Below are positions 14,001 to 28,132 of a stretch of DNA of 64,000 bases, one piece after another. The notes beneath the pieces were generated by a model. The model saw nothing but the letters and a program-made list of their open reading frames with translations, searched no databases and was not told the origin of the DNA. The stretch's first letter is position 1, and each line of letters starts with the position of its first letter. The DNA is from Azolla caroliniana (lineage: Eukaryota; Plantae; Polypodiophyta), in contig JBHGNT010000084.1 in assembly GCA_043228905.1 (NCBI GenBank), forward strand, positions 34,393 to 98,392. Direction: 5' to 3'. Made by a program: the position numbers and the translations under genes.

Positions 14001-17000
14001 ACTCTTGATATAGTGCTTGAATCCTTGAAAACACTTCACATGGGATTGTAATGACTAATTACGAGGTTAGAATGTAGATGGGACACATTGCTTGAACTAT
14101 CAACAATCTACTATTGCCAATTGTAGATAATCTCCTTCGAAGTCAAATTACGAAAGGAACATTACCAAAGGAGCTTCTTCTTTTTAAGTGAGTCTTCAAA
14201 TTTAAACCAATATGGACGTGAATGGAGTTCATATGTATGTAAAGCTAAGAAGTTTACAATAATGAGTGTGTTTCAATTAGATTGTCTTGTTGTCGGATAT
14301 ATGTATGTAAAGGTATGAACTTTATAATGATCAGCATGTTTCAGTAGGATTGTATTGTTGTTGAACATACGTGGCCTGAGTTTGTGATTATAATACAATA
14401 GTTTTGATGGATCATTCACCAACCGAATAATCCCACCAAGAGATAGTTTTATCATGGTCAATACTCCACCATATTCAAATATGTATCAAACAAACCTCTC
14501 AAGAACATTATCAACTTCTCAATTTACATTTTAAGATGTTGAATCCCCAACCAATATGGAGACATCAATTTGGAAAAACATAACATTGCTCATAAGCTAT
14601 TACATCTAGCAACCTTTCATTGTCAAACTTGATTATTGTAACAAACTTTGCAACAAAATAATGCCACATTAAATGAAAGAAAATGATATTATATCTAAGT
14701 TCTCCTTTGTCAATGGGATTTTGTAACATCTCACTCTCAAAAATATAACATTTGGTCTTGATGTTATCATTCTTGCTTACTTTTGATGCCCTTACTTGCA
14801 CCAAAATATCCCTAATTTCACGAAGGCGAATAGAGCTCAAGATGCAACCTTTTTCTTCATTGTTAAGTTATATATTCAATTCACTCTTTGCTTCAAAATT
14901 TATGTGCATGAACTCAAGAAGTGTTTGGAAAAAAAACCACTACTTAGCATTACTTAACAAATAGAATACAACAAAATTCTAAATGATCCACATGGCAAAT
15001 AAAGGAAAACCTTCATTGTAGACTCTACTTCTCTACATTTAGATCAAAACGATGTCATCCAATGGTTCACATCCAGTGAAAGAGAAGATCTTCCTCTTTC
15101 AATGTCAATCATGTGCGTGAAAGTGCTCCAATACACAACATACATTTTCAAACAATAATACACATTCAATGGTCCTTGTGTATTGCATGCATGATAGAAT
15201 GATAGAATGAAATATGACTGGAGATTATGCTCTCCATTCAAAATAAGAATGAACAAGATATGACTCGAGAATATTGTCGATGAATAGAATGAAGCAACAA
15301 TCACTTCAATATTGAGTTGACCCTATTTGTTTATTCCATGTATGTGTATGTCTAGCCCTTTCTATTCTGGAACTAATGGTATCCATATATTTGAAACAAA
15401 TTAGTTATTTTTAGGCTTTAGCCAAGTTTATCATAATAACAATTTGTGTATTTCGTGGAAACAATCACACCTTACTCATATATTAGTTAAGTTATTGTGC
15501 TTAATAACAAAAATATTTATAGAGCATCAATTTAATATGTATAGGCAACAAACTTGCTAGCATGTAGATCTGTACACCATACGAATGTGAGCTTTCATGA
15601 ATGTTTCTAAAATCATATGATCATCGAGGTGCATCAATGACGAATGACTATATTGTGAACGTGATTATTAAAATTGTTAAGTTCCGCAACTACGATCATA
15701 ATAACGAACATGGTAAGGATTGCAAGCTTATAGAAAAACAATAGCAAGCGAGCATTCCATGATTAATGGGCTTCTAGATAATAATAAAAACCAATGAATT
15801 CTATTAAGATGTCATTTCTTCATCATAAGGATCTCAAATTTGTATCAAACTAAACATAATATCCTTATTTAGGTATCATTGTTCATCAATACCTAGCTAC
15901 TAAACATAAATTCCCCACAAATTGGAAACCAAATCTTCATCAATAACAAACAATTATGTCCATAAATTTAGATAACAAGGCTCGTCAATAACTAAACATA
16001 AAGTCCATCAATATGGATACTGCAATTAAGTACATACATTCACATAATGTAATGAGCTTGGCCATTATTTAGGGTTGCAAAAAGTATAATATTTTGACCC
16101 TATACTAGTGACTTATTAAGGATCTTGATTGAATTATTTAGATGTGTGTGAGGATCTTGATGATAAAGAACGTGAAGATGTAGTTAATGAGGGTTGTGTG
16201 TGTGTGTGTGTGATCCCAAATGGAGTTCATAAAAATGAACATTTATTCAACAAGGTATTGAAAAGCCTACAATTAATTGTCCTTTTTCTTCACTTTGTTT
16301 GTGTCTTTAGTGTTATATACCTAAACTCGCTTGAACTTAATAACATGCTTGAGTAAATGAGCTTGATATATCATGGACTAATAATGTAGTTTTTTGTATG
16401 AAAATTACAGGTCAATAATCAAACAAAATACATAATTTTGTACGCCTAAAAGTATGTGCATAATCACTCCATAAGTCCAAACGTTGCATTAGAAGGAAAA
16501 AATTATAATACATTATGGGTTAAGTTTTGGCATCACCCGAATTTCGATAATATTTAGTTTACTTGTGAATACATGGTCATGTTTTTATTTATTTTATTTT
16601 TTTATGCATCTTGTATGTGGCAAATATTGCGTTATGTCTCCTCGTTTTGTTTGTTGTTATGAGTAGCAGCAATTGTTTGAGATTCCAAATGCAATTCTCA
16701 TGCAACTTAGACTGAGCCCTAGTAGACAATACATAAAATAGAAGCTAGTTAATATTTCACTTGTACACCTAAAAATATAACTGCAATGAGAAAATGGTTA
16801 AATTTCTCCCTTGTTTAGCCTTCTATTAGATTTGAAGTGCATTTTCAATGCTCTAGATTTCCTTTAATTCGATCATGAGGCCAACAAGGACTTCAGAACA
16901 TTAAATTGTTTAGTTTGTCCATGTCATTGTTTCAAAACACCTATATTGCATTTACATCATTTGTACATTTTCCCAAATGTACAAAATTATCATTACAAAC

Positions 17001-19149
17001 TCATAAAGTTTCTAACAAAGTTGAACATGTTGTGTTTGTTGATAGGGAATAACACGGTTTGGTGTTGTAATGGTTGAATTTAGGAATGTTTGTGAAATTG
17101 TATCGTCAATTGTTTTTTTATTGATTATTGGAATGCATCTTTCATTACATCCCATATATGAAGGGTGTCTCAAAGGAAGGCTCTTGAACATAAGCTGTGA
17201 AGACTTTTGTTTTGTACCAATGGTGACATAAAACTCTATTCTCAAATTATCTTTCATAGTGTATAGACATATTGTAGCATTCTTGTGAAAATGTTAGCAT
17301 CTATGGCAAGAAACCCTATAATTTGCAACATCACACTCGCACATGTTTGGGATATTAATGAGAGACTAGGAAGTGACCCTTGACCTAAGTTCCATGGGTT
17401 AAGAGCCTTTGACCGAATGTTTTTATAGGTTGTTCTCAAAGATTCTGAAGGTCATCATTGTTTTAATCTTAACATGGTGCTTGTGTTACCATCAAGGGTC
17501 ATTGTAACATTTTGATGTTTTTGGGTTTAGATGTGGGCAGCTCAAAGCCTCAGATATAAAGGTATATAACATTAGAATGTGGAAAAACAATTCGAATTGG
17601 ATCAAATGATACATACCAAACCATGCATCTTATGATATAGGGTGAGTGCGCAAGGTCTTAAATGTTGTATTGACTAAAATTAGCATTTAAAATTTTAGAT
17701 TGATCCAAATACTTGCAGCTTAAAAATGATAGCGGTTGAAACTTTAATTTTCATGATCGATACACATAATGCGATTTTCCATGTTCAATACATGCAATCA
17801 TAATATGTGTGCAATTCTTTATTTAACAAAGAGACTCTTTTAGTCCGATGAATATGGATTGTTTTCTTTTATTGTAACAATATCTATGTGCCCAATGACA
17901 CAATAAAAGAAGACAAGATTGTTGGCTTTTGTCGTTTCTTGTTGCTTTTGGTCCATAGTAAAGCATAAGAATGTTTCATGCCATTCCCCAAGGAATTGAA
18001 AGAACAAATTGTGCACATAGATGTTTTCCATGGTTTCAAGTGTTAATTGATGCATTATTACTTCAATGCAAATACCCTAATAGCTTTAGATTTTTGCATG
18101 CACACATGCATATATTATCTAATGCCTTGAACTTTGTAGATTGACTACATATCGATGGATAAGAAAGAATGCTTTATTGGGTGAAGAAGCTCACTTTATC
18201 GAATAACTGGGACTTGACTTCCTTTACCATAGCCATATTTACTTGTGTGATGGAACAATGAAACAACTAGTTGAGTTGGTTTTTGTCTATCAATGTTCAT
18301 GTGAGACATCATAACAATATTTTATCCAGACCCCAAGGGATTAAAATAGCTTTATAAATGCACGCATGGTTTTTTGGAAGGCTTATAGTTCTCTAATGCA
18401 AGCACCTAGAATAACGGAGATTGCACTTACCGTGTACACATTTGGTTTTTAAATGGAATTTAGAGGTTCATTGTAGGATCTATTAATATTTAGATAGGAA
18501 GATCTTAGTACTCTTTGAACAACCAATTGAACATACAAAGCAAGGTTTTATGATAAACAATGGAAAATAGAAACCAATAAATGAAGACCTCAAAGTGATA
18601 TTACCGTATGTTTTCTTCCATAAATGTCTTAAATAGGACCACATCATGTTGTAGAGTAGAAAAATAGAAGTGCTCCCTTTAACCATAGTGCATGTGGTTG
18701 CTTAATGCACTTCAACATTAACCTACAATAAAATGATATGCACCTCTTATTAAACTCTTAGTTTCCTATGACCAACGTTTGCTTTCTTTTTTTTTCCAAA
18801 AAAATACTGCTTCGCATTAGTTAGCAAACAAAATTATATCATAGAACTCTCAAAATTCCTCTCAACAGCCCTCACTCTGGCCTTCCCACCAAAGCGGACA
18901 TAGTCCCCACCTCATTTTCAACAAACGTATCCAAACAACTCCAATAACCTAGTTATTTGTACCATAACTATACAAATTTACAGCACCTAGACGCTGTTGG
19001 AAACTATTGGGGGGAAACAACCATCGGGGTGCTTGGTAGTGCCATTGAGGCCCTGATGATGATCTGCCGACCATAGGAGAATTACCCCATTTCAACAAGA
19101 ACTTTGATCGAGATCAACGTTTGCTTTCTTAGTTAATCAATATAGTAAA

Positions 19150-19420
19150 GGTACAATAGAGACTCAATTTTCTACCAACATTTGTGGGATAATATCGGCC
19201 TCCGTGGCCAAGGATATGGACACCTATATGACACACCTTCCTAGGGAACTGTAACTTATGGTTTCACATTCAAATATTACAAAACAACTTTCTTGAGCAT
19301 TACTTTTGCTAAATGGGGTATAGAAATCTATTTCAACAATGTAAATGGCTCTCCATAGGTGCATTGGAAATCTACAAATATGTATTTTGAAACTGTTCAA
19401 CATTGTCCATAACAATATGA
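19150..19420 (-). mobile_element. Possible LINE RT relic
   Basis: Broken translation resembling FPLGRxVRQGCP..ATE in a decayed context. Confidence 0.3.
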
Positions 19421-20885
19421 TCTCTAGAGTTGCGATGTAAGTTGTTTCTTCACAGGTTCAAAAAAACACAATTATTTCTTGTGTTGTCAAACATGATCAT
19501 GGATATCACCTCTTTATTTTATCTCTAGGTACTTTTGTCCTACATCATAGAGGTAGCTATAATCGAATTTTGTGATCAAATTCCATGAAAGAATAATACA
19601 CTTTGTATTTCTTTTCGTGACTCGTATAATAAGAAATGAGATGACACAAGGCATCATAATTTCCTTGGCAGTAGAAAGAATGGCTATGATCATACATTAA
19701 CGAATGTATGTTATTCATAGGTAGATCCATTAACTTTGCGTATGACAATTTGATGTCAAGGCATGGGTGGGTGTGTTACCCAAGTCTTATGCACAGTGTG
19801 CTTGCCGTGACGGGTAAGAGACAACCACTGCTCCGTCCTAGATATATTTCTAATTGGAACTTGGCGAAAACGCTAGCTATCAAAGAATGGAGTGTTGTAA
19901 GGCAATTGGACGTAAAGCTCCCCCTTCCAAAAAAGAAAGTAGTACATAGTGTGAACAAAAAGCTTTGAATTTCCAAAGTGTGTTTGGTGTCATTTGTGTG
20001 TGTGTGTGTGTTTTCTAGCCGTTTGTATTATGAGGTTTTCAAAAAGAGAGTGGTGGGGATGGCCAAAAGAGGGTCCTAGACTCCTCTTCCTTCTCCTCTT
20101 TTCCCATACTTCTTCAATAATTGAGGATCTTGGGGAGGTGTGCCTGCACACAATACACACACATACAATAGAGGGTTAAATGAATGGGCTCTCAAATCAA
20201 ATCAACTATAATCATCATCATCATTATCATCATCATTATTTATGGCCAATCCTTGTTTGCTTATTTCCATGGATTTCACATGTCCCATCCCATCCATCCA
20301 TCTGAGATAAAAAACTAAACAGAAGAAGAAGATTCAAGAGAGAGAGAGAGATAGAGAGAGAGAGTTAAGAGGAGTGTTTTTTATGTTTGTTTCGATCAAT
20401 TAAATGTAGTGGTGTGGTGTTAACAGTCTTTCACAAAAACTAAATATATTTCCTTTTCTCTAACTTCTTTGTCTTCTTTATTTTCCCTTGACCTTTATTG
20501 CAATTACTCTCCCCCCTCCTCCATCCCTTATGCTCTGTGTGTGTGTGTGTGTGCTTGCTTGTTTTCTTGTTTTCTTTAACCGAGACAGGTAGATGAAAAG
20601 GAAGTAAATTAAAAAGTTACTATTGTGTCAGACCATGAATGGAGAAATGTGTTCAGTAAATTCTGAAAAGAAGAAGAAGAAGTGTCTTGCATAGATAGAG
20701 ACAAGATGTAAAGAGTGAAAAGTACCCACACACACACACACACTCTCTCTCTCTCTCTCTCCCCCCCCCCCCCTATCCACCCCATGAGAAAGGAGAATGT
20801 TGTTATTTAAGAAGGAAAGGATGCTTTGTCAAAGAGTATATTATTGCACATTACATATACTGATATCCCTTTCTGGTTTATCTCA

Positions 20886-20918
<33 letters not shown>

Positions 20919-23900
20919 ATGTGTAGTTATATCCAATTTGTTCTTAGCCCTTTGGGGAAAACATTATATGGCTTTTCGACATCACAACTTATATCTTAAT
21001 CCCATGACAAAAGGACAAATACGAAGCACTACAAAAGGAGGGAGAGGAATGGTAGTCTTATTATGCTTGTGGGTGCAACTCGGTCGAATTGTGATAGAAT
21101 CATAGCTTTCTTCTATCTCTATCTTTTCGATAATCGCCCCCCCCATACCTTGAGCAAAATAAAAGCTGGCGATATGATTGCTATTTTGAGGTTCATCCCT
21201 GACCAAAGTTGATTGTACCTTGTTACTTCCAAGTTCAGTCGGAACAGAAGTGAACAACGTAAACTTTGTCGTTTGAAGACATTGTTCAAGGGTCTAAGTT
21301 AAATAATAATAATCCACGTTAGTCAAGCTTAAAAGGACATTTTTCTTTCCAAGGCCAAACTACAATTTGTTCAAGCATGTATTTAATCAAATGAAATATT
21401 GGCATAGAAATCCAATATCTAACTAGTTTAATGTATCTACTAACCTCGTGTAATTTGCACACAAGATGATTTTTATGACAACTATACTAACTAGTAGAGT
21501 ACGTTCCCATAGCTAATAGGCATTGTAAACCTAAATAATTGTCAATTGGATGCCTCTTTTATAGATGTGTTAATGGATGAGCTTGGCTTAGGAGAAAAAC
21601 TTACTATATAATGACCCTCGCCTAACAAAACAATCTCCATTGTCTAATATTGATTTAGAGGATTTTGTAAGTTTTTTGACAGACTCAAAGTTGGTTTCTA
21701 TTGCTAGTGTTTCATACTTGAGGACATGTAGACATAATTTGATATGTGTGAATTAGTTGTTAGTAATGTCAAAAAATGGATTTTGCCATTATTAAATCAA
21801 TCGAGAATCGGAAGGACATTGTCGATGAATATCTTCCTTCATCTCATGCTTAAAAGATGTACTTGCTAGCTCCTTCCCAAATTTGGCATTAAACTTGTTA
21901 AAAAATATAGAGTTTTTTTGCATCGGATTTGGTGGGTTTTTAGCTTAATATTTAAAAAATGTCTAGGACATATAACATTATAATTTCATCAAGCTTTAAG
22001 GCTACTTGATAATTTTTCCATTGGATTTGCTTAAGGTTGAGTTTGCAAAGCACAAAACTTGGAAGGAGGAACTCGTAGATGAATGTGGCTCTCATGTGAA
22101 TTCAACTCGTGGGAAGTGTTAAAAAGGTAGTGAATAGGAGTAGTACATGGCTTCAATTGGAAAATTGTTTCAAGCCACAACATATAAAAAACTGTCCTCG
22201 CTTCATTTCATTGGAGCCAAACAATTGGGAGCAATTACTAACACTAGTCTTTGATGGGTGACTCCTTCAATCACATAAGAAAAAGCCAAAGTGACTTCAT
22301 TTTGTTAGGACATCATAAATGCCAACACCATCATTAAATACCGAGTTCCATTTGGAAGACTCCTCCACACATAGAAATAATAAATGTAATTACGAAAAAA
22401 TGGAGTATAGGATTTAAGTGAGGGTTCTTTCGAATTTGGAGCAAGCACAAGTTTTGGGGACATTAGTTAACACTAGGTTGGAGGATCATTGAGTCAAGCC
22501 GAATGAAGTAATTGTAACATAAATACCTAATGTGGCACTTGCCCATTATAAAAATGATAAAGGATATCAAATGTGGCCAGTATCGAGGTTCACCTGGAGC
22601 ACTCCAATATGTGGGTGCATATATATAAATAAAGTCACAATTGAAAAATAGGATACAAAAATGAATAATACTAGGTTCACCCTAAGATTCCTTTTCAAGA
22701 AATGAACGAATATGTAAAGAATGATTGAGCTTCAATTCATCAAAGATAAATGTTTTGGGAATAATTATTGGCACTAGCATACGGCTCTTTAACTCATATG
22801 TATAAAGAACACCTAAGGTTGGATTCAAAATCATGAAGGAGACATAAGTTAACATTGGTATGATTTGAAGGTTCATTCGGAGGTCTTTCAACCTTCGTTA
22901 TGAAGAAGACCATCCAAAACCTCATTCTCGTTTCGAACCTTGTTCATGGGGGTCAAACACTTTGAGTATGCTTAACCACATTTTGGTGTAGGGTCTTACC
23001 CTAGAACTTTGTTCGGAACATCATTCCCAATAATAAAGGAGAAACTAAGAAAAGGTTAAAATCATAACATAGAAAAACAAAAAACTTTGTCAAAAAAGCA
23101 AAGAATTACAAGCATTAACCATTAAAAATTCAATCATAATCTTGTAGCTCTTCATGAGTGGAGAGATTGCAAGTTGCAACCAAGAGGAGAAATCGCTATG
23201 GCGCTAACAAAACAAAATAACTTACCTTTTCATGATAACAAATTTACGTTAGATTGGACATTCTTCAATAGTAAATCATGCAAGTGAAAAGATCATTGGC
23301 TTACACAAGGAAGAAAATTTTCTACCCATAGTTTATGAGAATAATGGAAATGGAGAATAGCCAAATGATGAGTAATCTCTAGGCGAGGCAAAAACCCACA
23401 AATATAGTTGGATGAGAAACATGTAAAGAATGGGACATACATGTGTTAGCATGCATGGTTATAGCATATGGGATGACATCTACAAATCATAACATATGAA
23501 TTTTAATAAATGGATTGCCATTGTTATGCTACAAAGGAAGGACAATGAAGATGATGATATGACTTATATGAAGTTCACATCAAGAAGGAGATATTGCATA
23601 TGGAAGCATGCCAATGTGGCAATGTAATTTGTGGAATAGGGCACTTCAAGTGCTTGGGGTGGATTCTAGTAATGATACGCAAAGTGTATATGTACATTCA
23701 TATTAACCAATGGAATAAATTCCCTACCATGTCATTAGTAAAAAAAATACATCAATTAATAAATAGCTTTTTCAGAAAATTCATTGAAACAAACATCTGA
23801 ACAATATTCCATAGAAGTCAAACCATCACCAAATTTGAGGAAAATGTGTGATGCCCATCATGTCTTATAAACTATGTGACTTAAGTCTTATTCCTTCCCT

Positions 23901-23951
23901 TCTTGCTACTATGAACCTTAGGTACTACATGTAACCTACCCAATGTCAAGT

Positions 23952-24030
<79 letters not shown>

Positions 24031-24059
24031 ATGTATGAAGTAATACAAATGTGTGAAAT

Positions 24060-24112
24060 TTAGGCTTGAACCCAAGCCTATAGTCTTTGAACTTACCACT
24101 ACAGTGAGCTAA
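24060..24112 (-). repeat. Dispersed tRNA-like repeat copy
   Basis: Minus strand TAGCTCACTGTAGTGGTAAG...TTGGGTTCAAGCCTA, related to the units at 25490-25940. Confidence 0.45.
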
Positions 24113-24949
24113 TTACGATAAGACAAAGAGAGTATCCAAAGATGGAAATTGGCATATGAGACCAAAAATAAAATACATGTTATAGCTATAGCTAGCTTGA
24201 TTGAGAAAATAAATATTAGTAAACTCCTAAATAAAGATAAATGGGAAACGAAGAAGGCAAGATAGGTTATGGTGATCCATCCAAAAATTCCATGAGATGC
24301 CTCATCTCAATTGTGCAATTGTGCAAGGAGTCTCGGCTAAGGGTTCCAATGCTTCTCGACATTGCCCTTTCATGGGTTTTTTGGAATGGAGGTCTCATTG
24401 TTCTCCTTTATTAGTCTTTTTGTTGTATTTTTAGCCCTAACTTCTTCCATTATCGCATGTGGGTAGTGGTTGGGACACATGTTATGTAAGAGACCGAGAG
24501 AATCTAAATAACTTGTATAATATTCAAAGTCTGGAATTGACCATTTTGGCACATGGGTATATATTGCAATGCATTGGTCAAATTTGTCCTTAGCCTACAA
24601 ATATATATGTATTCATAAAAACAAAGGGGGGGGGGGGAGGGGCTCGAGTATTCATTACTTCTTATCTCATCATTGTGATAATCATATCATGTCCCTATCG
24701 AACACTTAGTCCATCTATTTATCTACTATCCATCCATTCTAAATGCTTGTTTGGAGATAGAAGACATCTACACAAATACATTGTCTCATGTGAACACATG
24801 TAAACTTTGTTAATTTTTTAAATTTAGTGCACACAAGAATTCTAGCAAACATTTTAGCGAGAGGTGGAAACACACTAAGAGTGAGAAAGACCTCTTCTAT
24901 TTCACACTTCAAAAATGTCTCCGTACATTATATACTTATTTCTCACTCA

Positions 24950-25170
24950 CACGAGGGCCTTCTTCCCATGCACAATTCTAATCTTATCATCTAGTCTCAG
25001 ATTCTCCAAGTGTGTAATCTGTTTGAATGAGGAGCCCAATTTCTTTGTAATGGTTTGCTCATAACATTGCGTTCTTTGTAATGGTTTGAATGAGGGTTGT
25101 TCTACACTATTAACCATAGAACAAACCATACGTATTATACGTGCATTCACATTCGAGAATGATTCAATCA
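24950..25170 (-). mobile_element. Probable hAT transposase C-terminal dimerisation-domain relic
   Basis: Frameshifted minus-strand translation resembling ERNWSSFxQIHT..NRL (aagaaattgggctcctcattcaaacagattacacac). Highly decayed. Confidence 0.4.
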
Positions 25171-25489
25171 AATGTGTATGGTAAATCATCTCAAAGTTGG
25201 ATTGGATTGACTATGGTCTATATTATATATTGATTCACTCGCAATCCCAATAAGTGGACTCTAATATATTGTGAACCACCAACGTAAGTATGGTTGCGAT
25301 ATTTGCATTGTATCACATGCATACTTTTGGAATGCTTCTTAAGAATCAAGACATCTCTATCATCCTTACTTTAGAACTTTACAAAAAAATGAGTATGAAC
25401 TATAGAGATGGAATCAAAATATGTCATTATAAATTATAATCAAACGTTCAAAAACTCATAAATGTATATTCGAGGATATGAAGAAAACA

Positions 25490-25940
25490 TGACATAGGCA
25501 GTAGTAGCATAACAACTTACCACTAGGGTGACCTAATTTCTAATAAGAAAGAAAGAAAGAAAGAAAGAAAGAAAAAGGAACATGACATTAACATAAAATT
25601 TTGCCATGATATAAGTAGTAGTAGCATAACAACTTACCACAAGGGTGAGCTAATTTCTAATAACAAAGAAAGAAAGAAAAAGAAGAAAAAGGAACATGAC
25701 ACTAACTAGAGGATACAAGAAAGTTAGGAATTGACCCCAAGACACAAGTAATAATAGCACAACACCTTCCTACTAGGTTGTGGTTAGTTCTAATAATAAA
25801 AAATGAAAAGAAAAAAACTATTATTACAATAACATAAAATTTTGCTATGACATGGTAATAATGAGAGAGATGAGAAAATTGGGAATCGAACACAAGACAT
25901 TAACAACAACAGCATGACTCCTTACCATTACGGCGAGATA
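25490..25940 (-). repeat. Tandem array of tRNA-like (SINE-head-like) repeats
   Basis: Repeated units carry A-box-like TAGCTCACCCT(A/T)GTGGTAAG or TCGCCGTAATGGTAAG and B-box-like GTTCGATTCCC or GGGTCAATTCC on minus, interspersed with (GAAA)n. Confidence 0.5.
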
Positions 25941-28070
25941 AATTGTAACAACAATAAATGAAAAAATAAATAAAAAATTTAATGAGTATTTTTCCCATTT
26001 CAAACGCGTTCGTTTCCAAACGTTTGAATGCTTGCACGAACACGAATATTACGTTCTATGCTATTAACAATGTGATACTAGTTCCAAATCCATTCTCTTC
26101 ATGTCCTTTGTCAAAAACCCATATACATCAAATCCTCCCAATATGTCCTTCACATACATGCGAATTGCCTTGTTGGCAATTTTTAGTAGATTTTTCTTAT
26201 ACCTTACCGCCTAATAAATTGTATTATTCACCCCATCACTGGAGTTGTATAACTATCAACCAAACTTGCATGTAATTACAAAAACTCCATTAGTATCATC
26301 CTATTGGGAAACTCTCCATGCATTCATACAAACTATCTATATTGTTTAACTCATTGAAAATGGTATCGCTGATTTTCGAAATGGGCAAAGGGACATTTAC
26401 AAGGATAGTATAAACAATGGTTCGATACATTTTCAAAGATAACATATATGTTTCTTTTATATTTCCGCGGATTCTCTATGGAACCTCATCATCTTCTCTT
26501 CACAAATATACCTCCTCTACAACAATTTGGTTTCATGGTCATTTTGCAATTTGTTGATCTATTGAAAAGGTCTAGATCATGGAAACAAGAGAACATGTAT
26601 ACCTCACCTGACATAGGTTATTCACATTAATTCAATTTAAAAGTAAACAATTGAAAAAGAAGATTCTTAGTGGCATAAATGTTCAAGTCTCATAAGTTGA
26701 TATGGTTTGAACTACAATTTACAAAATACCGTAGGATATTTACTCCAAGTGAACCAAATGCTACCAATTTATCATCATATTCATATTTATATACATCAAC
26801 ATAAGGTTCACTCTCTTTTTATGAGAACATATTTAAGTACTTGCCTTTTTGGCTTTGGAATCGGGCCAAGTAGACCCAATCAAACATAGAGCTAGAGATT
26901 GATATCAATATTTGATATCCACAATTATTACAACATAGATATTACTCCAGGAAAGTATATAAGTGTAAGTTGTAACTATTTTATGGAGTAAGGTATTGAG
27001 TCACTTTGGTTTTTATTGCAATTTGCCATCTCTGTATTTTAGTGAAACCCACCTTCTTCATGTTTTTTATGAGATCATTTTATCACCTAACCATGCATAT
27101 CACATGCTATAGCGCTTTGCAAGTTGATCAAGTTCGGTGTATGTTAGTCTTGTGATTCCTCATAGAGTCTTTAATTAAACTCACCAATCATTTATGTTGA
27201 TGGTGTAACTATTATTTATTCATTTACTCTTATCGTTGACATTACGAACATTGGGAACGCAAAGGACCTTGTCTCATAATGGGCAAACTCTAATTGAAAG
27301 CAATGGGACAACTATGAAACATTAGACTCGTCCAACTTCATCCTTCTCTCTCGTGTAGGGCCTTAAATCGTAAGGACAAGAATTACGCCAGGATGACTCA
27401 ACACTTTGATGATATGGTTTAACATTGGAGATGTCAATGGAAAACACAAAACAATTATACGGGTTTAAGACTTCGGTCATGGATATTGTACACATGCTTT
27501 AGTTTGTTGGGCACCCACCTACTTTTGTATTTTTTTTTTCATAGGTAGGGTGCACTTCATGCTACAAAAAATTTCATTTCTATGTACTAGGTAGGTATCT
27601 ACACAAGAAAGCCACAAAAAATTCCATTCATGGCTAAAGTCTCCACGAATTTACCGTATTTGTATCTAAGAGTGTCGAACAAGAAATCAAGCATTCTTTC
27701 GAACAGGTTCTGAGTGTACATTGTTGCATCGGGCATTTTTATATCATTGTCATCATCCCCCTTGGCTCTCTCTCTCTCTCTCTCTCATATCTAGAAGGGA
27801 GATTTTGTTACCATGTCTATATTCTTTGGTAACTTTTCCAACACGAGAATCCCAATACAAAAAGATGTATGAAATTTGAATGAATGAATGATGGTGTTGG
27901 GGCAAGAGCTAAAAAAATAAAAGAAGTTGAACATAATCCTAATGTAAAAATCCTAAACTTCCCCCCTAGAAACAAACCCTAGGCCTAAAGTTTTTACAAG
28001 AGGTTAGAAATAGAAGACCTTAAAGAGGTGCTAACTTCTAAGACCAAGAACAAAATATGAAGAGGATAGA

Positions 28071-28132
<62 letters not shown>

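Larger units (their letters stand above)
11050..27700. other. Gene-free intergenic region, largely highly decayed TE debris
   Basis: No spliceable conserved ORFs. AT-rich, with scattered short transposase- or RT-like fragments (e.g. hAT-like near 11400-11600 and 17300-17420) and SSR islands. Confidence 0.5.

Noticed and set aside
24060-25940. Functional tRNA genes
   Set aside because: No complete cloverleaf or acceptor stem; only A/B-box-like fragments.
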